A stretch of 50,147 bases of DNA, the filler included, from Catajapyx aquilonaris (Eukaryota): the NCBI GenBank assembly GCA_000934665.2. It is 3 parts of 3 records of this genome, joined end to end, with 100 filler letters (N's around TTAATTAATTAA, not from the genome) between each part and the next. Parts side by side here need not be neighbours in the genome. Positions count along the whole stretch, not along the records: positions 1 to 16,655 come from JYFJ02007139.1; positions 16,756 to 33,403 come from JYFJ02007140.1; 1 more part is not named here. One strand, 5' to 3'. The notes beneath the pieces are model-generated. The model saw only the letters and a program-made list of their open reading frames with translations. It searched no databases and was not told the DNA's origin. The position numbers and the translations under genes are program-made. The first letter of the stretch is position 1. Each line of letters opens with the position of its first letter. This document shows, one piece after another, positions 10,920-22,363 of this stretch.

Positions 10920-13900
10920 AATAAAACAGGTCCAATGCAACCAGCTATGATAATCTCATCCCTTATCATTGGGTTTTCCAAGTTCCTGTCACTTTTTTGT
11001 GCTGCCATTGTTTCCTTTCTGCATTGTGTCCACAGCTACTGTATACGCGCCGGAAGCTTAGTTGTCAATAAAGACTTCCATTCACCTGGATGCGTAGTAG
11101 GTGTTAAAATCGCATGAAAAGAGGATGACACGGAGGTGAAATGGCCTGACCTTGTTGTTCCCCATTGTGGCGCAACAATTCCGGTAGCAAGAGCGGGGCC
11201 TGTTGGAGCAGCAAATCCCTGGACAGAACTGTGTTTTGGCACAAAGGGACAAATATGAGGTCAATGGAGAAGGAGGGGAAACCCAAGTGACTTTTATGAG
11301 AGGGGCTGGATAGAAGCCCAAGGGAGCACCCAGCAGGAGAAAAGGCGGCTTGCGACCGCATCAAGTACCCAACCCCTCACCGGGTTGCACAGCCCTTCTT
11401 TTTCTCCGAAAGTGCTTCCAGGCAGACATAACTGTCACGGGGGCCATCCATCCAAAGACAAAATGTTCCCTCACAGCTAGGACATCAGATTTCAAGCAGA
11501 TTTCCTGGTAAACACTCGGATAATCCTACTACATCTCCAAGTAATAGTGTGTATAGGACTAAATCAAGGAAACAATTTTTCTGCCAAACAAATAAAAAAA
11601 AGTAAAATGAGCTATTCTTATTTGCTGCAGTCTCAGATATAATTTACACTGTTTGTCAGTAACTCGACAAGAAGGGAAGTTTATGTGAAACGTCGACTCT
11701 TGGGGTAAAGGTGGGGGGGACGCCGACACTCCTTGAATAGAGGTGACTTGTTGCATTTTTATAACTGAAGGCCCTCGGTCGCAGGAAGTAGACAGCATGT
11801 CTGCTCCAGTTTCACCCAAATCTATGCATTTACAATGACTTCAGTGGAATTTGCCCTGAAAAACATTCCGTTGGCGTCATCATGCTGACTGGATGACGGA
11901 CTCGCAAATATTTTTCGACGACTTACTGCCGATATGATTTGATCTGAAAAATACGACTCGGAGGTGCATCGTTGAATGTGCGGCTTACGTATAGAGGCAC
12001 TGGTCGGGCATATGCAGCTGAGAATCCGCGGGCGTGATGGTGCATGTCCCCATCCAACTCATGAATAAAAAGCCTCTCCTCCGCCTTCCGCGGGGCTGCC
12101 AACAGTCAACAACTTACAGCGACAAATCGCTCTTTCCATAACACAACGGCCACTCTTAGGCCATCTTATTATTTCAGACCCACTTCACACCGGTTTAGTG
12201 AAAAACACATAATATTTGAATTATTTCACTGTTTTGGTTGAATTTTACCAGCATTGCTATTTTTTTTAAGAAAGTGCTGCCTGCAGCGTAATGTATTGCA
12301 ACTGAGCAATATTCAGAATTATTCACAATTTTGTAGTCGCAAATGCAGATCCTAATTCCTTTAGAAAGTTCTCCAGCACAATTTTGTTTTACAATTTCCC
12401 TTTAAAATGCTATATCAAGCAACGCCCTTCCTCAACGAATAGCAAATAATCCGCAACAATGACGCACTGTTGGCGTTGGCTCAATTATGTCACCCCATAA
12501 ATGTCAGGAAAGGTGATTTCTGGGCAAATAATCTGGCGTGAAATGAGTTACGTATAAGGACATAACCCTATGTCAGAGGCAGTAAATAATAAAGGCAAGA
12601 TTGGCAGTCCTGATATGGTTGGTTTGTAGCGTCAGGGGCTGGGGGCAGTTGGGTGCGTGTGTGTGTGGAGAAAAGGGAAGGGGGAGAAGAGATGAGGGGG
12701 AAATCATCTAACAAGCGTGACTGTTAATGTAGTGCACTGAAGCTTAATCAGAAGCACCGCCCCCGTCCGTCTCTTTCAAACTCCCTTTCAAGAGCCCACC
12801 CGTTTCTTCACACTCTCACCGGCTCCCATGCAAAGTCAGTTTCCCCACATCCACCACAAAATTCTCATCTGAAGAAAACACACTATACACAACCATGTTA
12901 AACCATATAAGTTTACGTCTTACATGCACACGAAGACTGCATAATACGAACGCGTTTAAGGTTACCGATAACCTATTCTGCTATAGTCGTATCCAAAACC
13001 TAATGAAAAGTAAATCGTCGCTTATACCGTCTTCGTGTATTTTTCTTTGACATGTCAACCTGTGGACAAAGCCTAGATTTGTCCTGAATGCACGTGCATG
13101 CACGGAAGGTGTTAAAACGTGGAAAAGTGGTTGTCAGATAAATCTGTCTGAATAAATTGTGAGTTATTATCAACAATTTCATCTCGATATGTTCATAACA
13201 TGATAATAATGTAGGTAGGCCCTATTTCAGGTACAAATAGCCATACATGACGACCAATGCGATGGGCTGCTAAAATCGTTTCCGTATCAAACGACAAATT
13301 CCAGTACAAATCCACACAGTGGTTGTTGTCTACTGCCTGACCCAAAATTCTGACCCAATTCTGGAGAAAGCTGTGTCGAAAAAAAAAGGAAGGCCAATTT
13401 TCAGTCTAATAAACTCCAGAGCCAGTCACTCTTAACAGTCAAGGGTCAGAAGCAGAAAAGAATGAATGACATGAATTCCCCTGCTGGCCAAACCCCTGCC
13501 CAGCTGACCCTCCCAACAATTTGTCAGGAAATGGAAGAAACCTTTTTAAAAATATGTAGACATTTAAGACAGGAAGGTGGGCGTTTCGTTTGGTATGGGA
13601 ACCACACAAAGGGCAGCCTTGTAGCAAACATGGACCAAGCTAGTTAACTGCCGGGTGCTGGTCACGGCGTAAGTCGAGAACACCAGACCAAAGGGAGGGC
13701 AGCACCCAATTAAGTCGGGTCTCCCTTCTGGAGTGGGGTCCCCTGCAGGTCACGGGGGTTACCAAAGTGCCAAATGGTCTCAAACACGTGCGTCACTTGG
13801 ACTTTTCCTAGAAATGCAACAATGTGATTAGGGCCAAAAATGTTCAGTTGGCTAACAATGAATCGCAGACCTTCCCTCCTGGCAGTTGGTGCTGGAATAA

Positions 13901-16290
13901 GGCGTGGAGAATATGAAAGGCCGATTGATTGCCCCCGCTGGCACCGAGGGATGACCTTTTTTTTTCTCCCCCCAGAAGGAACATGCAAGCCTACGGAAGC
14001 CCGCGGTTTATTGGCCCTCCCCTGTTCCTTCCGTTTTCTTTTTGGCAGAAAAGAGAGCCTTCAGAACCGCTTGAAGGGCAACTCTAGCCTTATCTCAACC
14101 TTATCTTGCAGGGAGAAGTGGCGTCGAAGCACAAAATTCTGTTTCCACGCTCGTTACTTTGTAGTCACACTTTGCTCACTTTGTCTGGCAAACTTTGCCC
14201 TCTGGGTCAGCCTCGGAGTCCAATTTCCTCCTGGCCATAAACAAGGCGCGTAAACACCGCACGTGGCCCTCAACGCATATATAAAATTCCTGCAAGACAA
14301 TGCATAGGTTGAATGATACCAAACTCTTTCGTATAAGCCCCGGCTGTTGAGCAAAAAGTAATTTCTTGCAAGAAGAAGGCTCTCTGCTGGCTGAATATAG
14401 GAAGCGAAGTGAGCATAAAAGGAAGGGATAAAAAAGCAATTTGCGGCCGGACAAAAGGGGGTCCAAGTGGCAGCAACGGCGGCGATTGTTACGGGAGCGA
14501 TTGTGTGGAAAGTGAGGGCAGGGGGAGGAAGGTGGGAATAAGAGGAAGGGGGGTGAGTGTTCCCTGCTTCGCCGCTTGCACCTGTTGAAGAAGAAGAAGA
14601 AGAAGAAGAAGAAGGGGCCTCCTGCAGACCTCAAAGGAGGCGGCCCTTGGTAGGGCCCACTTTAGTCAGGAGGCCCATCCAAGGCCACGCCCCGCAGGAA
14701 TTTCGGGATCATGTGCATCAGGTTCCCACGACTCTTTTTGCACCGATGAAAGTCACGCTCGGTGGATCCCGCACAAAACCATCCCTGATCCGCCAATTAC
14801 TACTCTTTTTCCTCCTACCTGACTCCTCTCCCCACCCCCCGAGGACCTTCCCAACACCCCCCTCCTCCCGGTACCACATAGTCGCAGCAGCATCCGCACG
14901 ATCACCCTATTGCATTGTTGGCAATTGTAGACAGCAAACATGTCGCATAATTGACCGTAAGAAACAGGACGGTCCTCCAAAAAAAAAAAGGAAGGCTGAT
15001 TTTCGCAATATTATTCAGAGTTGTGTGTCGCAGTCACCCTGAGAAGTTACCTAACGCTCCAATCATGACGCAACAGCACTTGGGCAAGACGGAAAAAGAA
15101 AATCCTCCAAAGAAATAGTGTATCGAAGCCGCGATCAGTGGCGCACATCTCGCGCGACTCGCTTTCCTGCCGATAAATTAGTCAGGTGTATAGCTACTTG
15201 TATTTATTTTTTCCCCCGTCAACACACAGGGCCAACACAACCCGATTTGTCACAGAAAGCATTGGTACAGTGTTGGAAATTAATTGTGTTGTACTGGTGG
15301 CGCCACAGGCGTTGGCGGAAAATCCTGCACTAGCAACAATTAATAAAATTATTGCTTCTGCTTCTGCAGAAGAAGCAATAATTTTATTAATTGTTGCTAG
15401 TAAATCGCAACTATTCTGTAGCAATTAGCCATCGGCAGAAGTGTGCCCATCAGGCAATGTTCCGGTGTTGTACGGGTGTGTGCGTGGGGGTCACGGCAGC
15501 ACGCATGCGGCAGCGCTCACATGTGATTCGCCTCGCTTCCACACTCATTTATCACGCCACTCCGGAACCAATCTCTCTGCCTCCTCTTCTTCTTCTGAAC
15601 CTCTTTCTCCTATACAGTCTCTCTTCCTTTTTGCCTCCGAAAAGATATATACACACAGGACCCGGCTCAGACCAACAATTGCGTCTGAAGGGCTTCTGGG
15701 TTAATTTTAAAGTTCCCAGACTTCCCTCTGGACACAGCTCATTAACTAAGAAAGGCAGCTTGCAGACCGCGTTCAAGATTGGCAAGGTAACTGACTCACT
15801 AACTAACTGTACTGCGAGATGCAGCACATATATACATCGGTCCGAGGTCCTCGAGGTCTGACCTGGAATCCACTTTGCCCCGCAAGCTTGCCATGGATAT
15901 CCAGCCAGATAAAAGGCGGGGTAAAGTGAATTTCATCCTTCCCATGCTTCGAATTCTAAAATTGGACACGTATTTCGTCTCACCAAATATACACTATACT
16001 ATAGCTATGAATGAAAGTGCGAATTCATGCTGCCTCAATCATATCTGGGATCATTAAATTTTTTAGAGGTGCTGGCGAAACAATTAATACGGTGTCCTGT
16101 GATTATAAATTACGGTCGGCCTGCGCCGGGTAGGCCAAATAATGTGGATCAAATTGTTACTGGCTACTAGTTATTTTCAACGCCGCCTTAGCTTATACAT
16201 GTGAGAGGGAAAAAGTACAGGGTGGTGCACTGACTAAGTTTAGTTCAAGTTTAATGGTGTTCTTTGAAGCAGGCCCCCATTGCAGACGAC
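10920..16290 (-). pseudogene. Long decayed multi-exon gene or tandem genes, cluster module H
   Basis: Short introns 11988-11944 (45 nt), 12923-12869 (55 nt), 13059-13000 (60 nt, weak donor) and 15050-14996 (55 nt). ORFs 14154-14354 and 13710-13988 share a frame. ORF 15194-15424 continues in frame to ..FDTLFLWRIFFFRLAQVLLRHDWSVR followed by a donor. Confidence 0.5.
15329..15401. repeat. Perfect 31-bp-arm AT-rich palindrome
   Basis: ACTAGCAACAATTAATAAAATTATTGCTTCT (15329-15359) and its exact reverse complement (15371-15401), with an 11-nt loop. Confidence 0.95.
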
Positions 16291-16655
16291 GCGACGTACG
16301 TTCAGCAGCAATGAAAAAAAAAGTGGTTTCATAAATTTATTTGGGAAATGCGAAGGTGCTAAGGTCCTTCCTCAGTCTTGGATTTTGGGCTTATTTTGAC
16401 ATCCTGGATGAGTTCTGTCCCAAAAATTTATTGCGATTCAGAATTTACCAGGTGATTTTCTCCATAAGGAAGTTCAAATTGGCAGAGTGATTTTGTCTTA
16501 CAAATCTGTAATAAGCCTAAATCCAAGAGGAAGAAATGCGCATCTTTCGCACCACCCTCACTCAAAAAACAATTTACCTGTAGTAGCAAAAATTATGGCT
16601 CCCTCAGCTAAAATTTTTGGCTCTATATGACGCTCCTAAAAATTTATCTGCCACA

Positions 16656-16755
16656 NNNNNNNNNNNNNNNNNNNNNNNNNNNNNNNNNNNNNNNNNNNNT
16701 TAATTAATTAANNNNNNNNNNNNNNNNNNNNNNNNNNNNNNNNNNNNNNNNNNNN
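16656..16755. other. Assembly gap with TTAATTAATTAA linker
   Basis: 44 N + TTAATTAATTAA + 44 N, identical in form to the gap at 33404. Confidence 0.95.
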
Positions 16756-16766
16756 TGGAGGGGCTC

Positions 16767-16898
16767 ATGCCCAGTCTGCCCGAGCTGGACTTGTCCGAGT
16801 TCGAGATAATGGACGACACGATGGGCCTGGCCTTCCTAGAAGGTCTCGACGGATTCGAGGACGTCAGGTCGCCCACTCCACGCCAAGTGGAAGAATCG
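16767..16898 (+). CDS. Rfx: RFX transcription factor, probable first coding exon (acidic N-terminus)
   Basis: MPSLPELDLSEFEIMDDTMGLAFLEGLDGFEDVRSPTPRQVEES, then donor GTACGC in phase 0, compatible with the next exon. The frame is open back into the gap, so the true start may be upstream. Assigned by phase and position, not homology. Confidence 0.55.
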
Positions 16899-17581
16899 GT
16901 ACGCATTTCTCGCCAGTGTTTCTCGGTGGTCGAACGCATAGACCTTAGAGCTCTAAGGTCTATGGTCGGACGTTCCATTGGCAAATTTGACCGAACGATA
17001 TGGCGCATTATCCTCATCGGGTGTGTTCAGCTGCACTGATGTCAGAAAACATTCGGCTGAGGGCATATAGGCTGAGGGAAAATTGAAGAATAACTTTTGC
17101 TTGTTTATTTAGTTCGTAAGGCTTACTGTTGGCAACATTTGCTGTTTTCTCACTTTACATGCAGCTGAAAGATGTTACCTGACTCCAGTGCAGTTCCAGA
17201 ATGTCGACTTACCGCAATCCCCAAGTCTATATAGTGCTTGCTTTTGGAATTTTGTCTGATTTATAGAATTAGTGGAATATATGCTACTTCCAAAAATTGC
17301 CACTTGGATTTACTATAAGTGTTCATTATTTTATTCATCATCACGATTTTTTTCTCTCTCGCTTGTTATGTGCAGTCAGCAAGAAAATATGCAATTTAAT
17401 CCCCAATTATGAACTAAAAAGGCAGCTCTAATTTCAATAAGAACAGGGCTTTATAATCAAATGGCTACAGATTAGGGAAGCCTGACCTGTTATGTTCTGA
17501 AGGCGCCTCTTATTCATCCTAATTCAGACAGAACTCCATCGACAGCCTCCAGGAACCATTGGGCATATTTGAAGGGGTTAA

Positions 17582-17716
17582 CCACTTCGTTACTCCGCGG
17601 AGTATCAAAGTACTCTGGTATATACCTGCACTGGTACTCCTTAGGTGCCTCATTCTTTGGTACTCCATGGTACTCGTTGAATTGGGTACTCCAGTGTACA
17701 CTTTACAGTCGAGTGG
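17582..17716. mobile_element. Short piggyBac-like MITE
   Basis: Flanked by TTAA on both sides, termini CCACTTCG / CGAGTGG, internal GGTACTCC repeats. Confidence 0.4.
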
Positions 17717-17871
17717 TTAACCTCTTGGAATATTTATTGTAATATTTACTGTAAGTACCCATGTACAGGGGGACTCTAAAGTCAGGATTCATACGTAATT
17801 GGATTGTATTGACGATTTTCAGTTGTGCCAACTCAAAGTGCCAAGTGTACAGTACCAGCTCATCTTTACTG

Positions 17872-18074
17872 CAGTGGTTTCCAACCGAGGGGGCCCGAGC
17901 CTTTGTTCAACTTTTTGTTTCCAATATCTGTGTAAATTGAACCATTTTTTCAGTCGTACAGAGTGTATGGTTTCTGGAAATGGGGCAGTTGTGGAAGGGG
18001 CTGGGGGGAGGGGGGTCGCACACTTATGGAAACATGTTTAGGGGGTCGCAGTGGTAAAAGGTTCGAAATCACTT
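17872..18074. mobile_element. Degenerate hAT-type MITE
   Basis: Starts CAGTGGTTTCCAACC and ends GGGGTCGC..AAAAGGTTCGAAATCACT. No clean TSD. Confidence 0.45.
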
Positions 18075-18334
18075 CATTACTGACTATTAACAATCTGCTA
18101 GTTGCCACAACTGGAAACCAACAATACAATCCAATTACCTATGTATCCTGACTTAAGAGTCACCCTGTTCTTGTGTTTGGAGCTGACATTATGCCTACAT
18201 GATGACGTAATCCCATGTAAAACAATGAATCCTTTTGTCAAAATAATTACTTTCTTGCTATACCATGTATGCTAATATTACACAGGGTATTGGAAATAGT
18301 CTACAACCCATTTGGTATACACATTCAATAAGCA

Positions 18335-18455
18335 CATCATCATCATCATCATCATCACCACCACCACCACCACCACCATCACCATCACAACATTTCCCTA
18401 TGAGTGTATAAGGGGTAGTCAGCGATGAAGGGAGATGCAATCTAACCCAACATAA
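18335..18455 (-). repeat. Retroposon 3'-end fragment with (CAT/CAC)n tail; second copy at about 49720-49796
   Basis: CATTTCCCTATGAG..GGGGTAGTCAGCGATGAAGGGAGA..CTAACCC.ACATA occurs at about 18391 and 49741, each next to a trinucleotide tail. Confidence 0.55.
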
Positions 18456-18584
18456 TTATGAACTAAATGAAAATTATAATACGCCGTAATATGCACATAA
18501 TCTAAATATTGGATTTGGTAGAATTATGAACAGATATTATGAATTTTGAGACTTTAATCACAATGTGGTAGGCCTTTCATGAAG

Positions 18585-18629
<45 letters not shown>

Positions 18630-18701
18630 TAGTATTGTTGTTGTTCTTATTATTGTTGTTGTTGTTGTTATTGACACACCAACATATCCTTTTCCCAAAA
18701 G

Positions 18702-18932
18702 CCACCAGAAGGGGATGTGACCCCTGTTGTGACGGACTCCACCCCACTCTCCCAAGGCAATCAGAGCGATGCAATTCCTCTGCCGCTGACCACAGTCATC
18801 AGATCACGTCCATCTTCACCAAATGATGCGAACACCTCTAACTTCCCACTGAAAGTGACAGGTAGCACCTCTCGGTCAGGCAGCATTGGAAGAGGGGTGA
18901 CACGGAACCTAACCCGGGCCTTCCCTACCACA
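18702..18932 (+). CDS. Rfx: RFX transcription factor, exon preceding the DNA-binding domain
   Basis: Ends ..NLTRAFPTT (compare the RFX motif TRASPAT) at donor GTGAGC, phase 0. Acceptor TTTCCCAAAAG; exact 5' boundary less certain. Confidence 0.8.
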
Positions 18933-19471
18933 GTGAGCTCCCAGCGAACCTTTCTTTTCCTTCCGGTGATCCTGAAATATGAAATAGTAGCATCTCATCA
19001 CATTTTTAAGTACCGCAGATGAAGCATTTCACATTAACATGCAAATATGAATTTTATTTGTGAATTTGTAAAGTGAGTTAATTTTGCGATAGTGCAGTTT
19101 TTAAAATTTTACTGTGTTGTTTCAAAGGCTCTCAAGAGTACAAGCACATAGGATTGTTCAAATCTGTTCAGATTGCCAGGAATAAGTGCACTCTACATGT
19201 TCAGCGTTGCATTAAACTGTACACAGTTTGATAAGTATAGTATATCAACAAGCCTGTGGGTAGGAAGGAACAGTGATAATATACAGTATATGAATGTATG
19301 TAATAGGCACCTGTTTTTCAAAATGAGTAAACAAGCTTTTGCAGTAACATTATAGCATTCTCATGATAATGTAGTTACCATCAAGAGTTGTGGCTTCCTC
19401 ACTGTCACTAGTATCCCTTACAGGAACAATAAATAATTGTAAAGTGAACGTAATGTATGTACATACGTATA

Positions 19472-19895
19472 CAGGGTGTATCTGAACTCAGTGCCCCGAC
19501 GTATATGACTGCCTTCCTAGCCACCAGAGGATCGATTTAAGTATAGGAGTCATATGTCTGGGCAGCCTCATTACTGAGATACACTCTTGAGCGATTTTTG
19601 CCTAATCGCGCCTTCTGACTTTTAAATAGAATTTTCTGGTGTAACTAGCCAAAGAGGCCTTACCACCTGTGGGCAACAAACCAACAAAGTCCCGCCCCCA
19701 GACCTTCCAGAGCCTTCTGACTGGGGGAGGGTTCGATGGGTGGCCTAACCGACAGGATATTTTGTACTACATGTTTGCGGCAAATTATCTCCGTAATGCG
19801 GCGGCCAAACATAATGACTCCTATACTTAAATCGATCCTCTGGTGGCTAGGAAGGCAGTCATATACGTCGGGGCACTGAGTTCAGATACACCCTG
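19472..19895. mobile_element. Tc1/mariner-type MITE in RFX intron
   Basis: Perfect 82-bp TIRs (19472-19553 and 19814-19895) starting CAGGGTG, TA flanks, imperfect extension to about 110 bp. Confidence 0.93.
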
Positions 19896-20411
19896 TATAC
19901 ACAATGATTATGTAATAAACATTGCAAGTATAAATTTCTTACTACAGGCTGAGATGAGTTCCTGTTGCGAGGGATTGTATGAACACAAGTTTTCAGGTTT
20001 TTTCGGTTTTCCACTGCTATGGATACCGTATAATTATGCTTTGTTATGCACTGGACATGGGTCATGTTTCCTAACTTCCTTCTTGCTCCTCTAACCCGAG
20101 ACATTCCTTAGAAGAAGATTTTCTAAATCACAGTTTATTTTGCACTGAAATGAATTTTTAATGACTTCAAGAGGAAACTGCATAATGCATTAAGAATTTA
20201 AGCAAATTTATTTTCCATTGCTCACAGTGTGTATAGTCCCACTTTGGATTCGATGAGCTGCAAAACTTTGGTACAATGCCTTGTTAAACTTTGGTTTATG
20301 TCATCAAGACCGTCCAGATTGTGCATTTATGTTCAGGGATTGGATTCTTGCATTTGCAAGGTAATATTATTACCGGTTTGTATCCATTATCTACCCCTTT
20401 ATCCCCTATAG

Positions 20412-20642
20412 GTCCAGTGGCTCTTGGACAACTATGAGACAGCTGAAGGAATGAGCCTTCCTCGGTCAACATTGTACTCCCATTACCTCCAGCATTGTAT
20501 TGAATACCAGCTGGACCCAGTGAATGCATCCACCATCGGTAAACTGATCCGTTCCGTGTTCCTAGGTTTGCGTACCCGCCGCCTAGGCACCATAAGGAAC
20601 TACTATGGAATCATGGTGAAGCCCACATCTCCGCTCAATCAG
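20412..20642 (+). CDS. Rfx: RFX winged-helix DNA-binding domain exon (variant wing)
   Basis: VQWLLDNYETAEGMSLPRSTLYSHYLQHC..LDPVNASTIGKLIRSVFLGLRTRRLGTIRNYYGIMVKPTSPLNQ, with AG acceptor and GT donor, phase 0/0. Confidence 0.96.
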
Positions 20643-20663
20643 GTGATTATGTTGTACTATTAT

Positions 20664-20920
20664 AGGGGCAACACTGTGGCGTAGGGGTTACCGTCACAGC
20701 ATTCCACTTGTGAAGGACCCATGTTCAATCCCTGGGTTGTTGTAGAGAGTGTTTTCTCATGGGGAAAGAGCTTCAATGGGTTCTCTCTGTGTTTGCATGC
20801 ATTTTTGGGGGATCCTTCTGCTTTTTTCCCAATGTTATTTAACCCATCAGCAGTGCAGGAATGGAGAATAAAAATCGAAATGGAAGAGGAATACCTAAGA
20901 AGGCACAAGCCTTGTGTGGA
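20664..20920 (+). mobile_element. Diverged tRNA-derived SINE in RFX intron
   Basis: A-box-like TGGCGTAGGGG and B-box-like ATGTTCAATCC; body aligns by eye with the SINE at 37448. Confidence 0.7.
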
Positions 20921-21009
20921 AGGAATGTTTCAAGGCTGATGCTCATGGGTTTTCATTTTTGCAATATTATTCTGCATCCTCAGTGCACTGAAGGAGTCAG
21001 ATGATTGTG

Positions 21010-21010
<1 letters not shown>

Positions 21011-21076
<66 letters not shown>

Positions 21077-21086
21077 ATAATTATTA

Positions 21087-21170
<84 letters not shown>
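21011..21170. repeat. (TAT)n microsatellite abutting a 3' splice site
   Basis: About 160 bp of TAT repeats directly followed by TTCCAG and the RFX exon. Confidence 0.97.
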
Positions 21171-21171
<1 letters not shown>

Positions 21172-21176
21172 TCCAG

Positions 21177-22049
21177 GCTTCCACAGGGGAAGATGGAAAT
21201 GGAGGTGTTGGTGGCCAATTGCAGGTACGTGGTTGCCAAGGACAGATAACGCCTACACAGCAGCAAGGAGGGCAGACGGTCGCAAAAGGTAGGCAACAAC
21301 CAGCATCTCAGAAGCGGTTTAATAAACCAGTGGGAGCGAAAACTGAGTCTGACGGAAATTCCACCGGTGGAGCTGGCGCACACAACTCGGGCTCTGATTC
21401 CACGTCGCCCCAGCACCACCAGTATTTAGGAGACCCAACAGGAGCTGTGCCACCCCTGCCTGAAATTGACACTGACCTTTGCTTGCTCCCAGACTCACTC
21501 ACCCAGGACGATGTGGGTACTTTTCGCAGTATGTATGGAGACCATTGTGAATCGCTCCTAGAAGCAGTGACCGCACTCAAGTTTACCTTGGTGGAGCAGC
21601 TTTGGCTCCAGTTCTGGCGGGGCCCCAATAACAACAAAAACAGTGAGTCAGAGTGTGAAAAGGCACTCCCAAAAGCAAAGCTCTACATGTTGTGCAAGCT
21701 GGAGCCAGTGCAGAAATTTGTTCGGTCCGTTGACTACCAGTTCTACCAGAACTTGGCGGATGTTTTGATAGCAGACGTGTTGAGGCCCATCCCCAGCTCC
21801 CTGACGCAGGCCATCAGCAACTTCGCCAAGGGGCTGAAGAGATGGATGAATGCAGCCATGAAAGGGAGCCCAGAGGATATGTTGCAGGTGAAGGTGTCAG
21901 CTGTTAGTGCATTTGCGCTGACGCTCCAAAGGTACACCTCCCTGAACGACATGGCCCAGGCGGCCAGGGCCATCCTTAAGAATACCACCCAGATCAACCA
22001 GATGGTGGCTGACCTGAACCGGGTTGATTTCCCTAACGTCCGGAAGCAG
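21177..22049 (+). CDS. Rfx: RFX exon with B, C and start of dimerisation domain
   Basis: 873 nt, phase 0/0. Contains QHHQYLG, YGDHCESLL, LWLQFW, DYQFYQNLADVLIADVLRPIPSSLTQAISNFAK, RYTSLNDMAQAARA and DLNRVDF. Donor GTACGT. Confidence 0.95.
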
Positions 22050-22363
22050 GTACGTCATGCTTTTTTGTAATTGTGCATACAGGAAGATGAGAGGAAAACA
22101 ACAAAATCAAGGCATCAGATTTTCTCCATTTCTGTCAACCTGCTTGTAATTAACAAGAAATATGAAGCAGGCTGGAATACGCTTGCATACGTATGACAAC
22201 CTAATGGTTGTCTGTTGCCTCAAGTAGTATATGTTACATAATATGACAATCACCTAGTGAATTTTCGAGTATTTAGACAGTACCGGTATTAAAAGAGTTA
22301 TATGTAGCAAATGAGATAGTGCTACCATAATGGTGTCTAAAGGGCACTCTGGGACGTTTGCAG

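Noticed and set aside
13462..15042. Long plus-strand pseudogene (three same-frame ORFs ending PPKKKRK)
   Set aside because: Most likely the antisense shadow of the minus-strand frame, which carries the splice signals. The NLS-like motif comes from a poly-A run.
424..16300. Alternative genetic code explaining the in-frame stops
   Set aside because: TAA, TAG and TGA all occur along with frameshifts, which fits decay rather than codon reassignment.
424..16300. Polinton/Maverick or adintovirus assignment
   Set aside because: No TIRs and no recognisable pPolB, integrase, packaging ATPase, protease or capsid motifs were seen.
16700..16711. TTAATTAATTAA palindrome repeated at 33448-33459
   Set aside because: It is centred in identical N-gaps and is an artificial all-frame stop linker. 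It also means adjacency across the gaps rests on scaffolding.
21001..21292. Poly-Y, poly-I and poly-L ORFs (also 18558-18826 and 37633-37863)
   Set aside because: They are translations of microsatellites.
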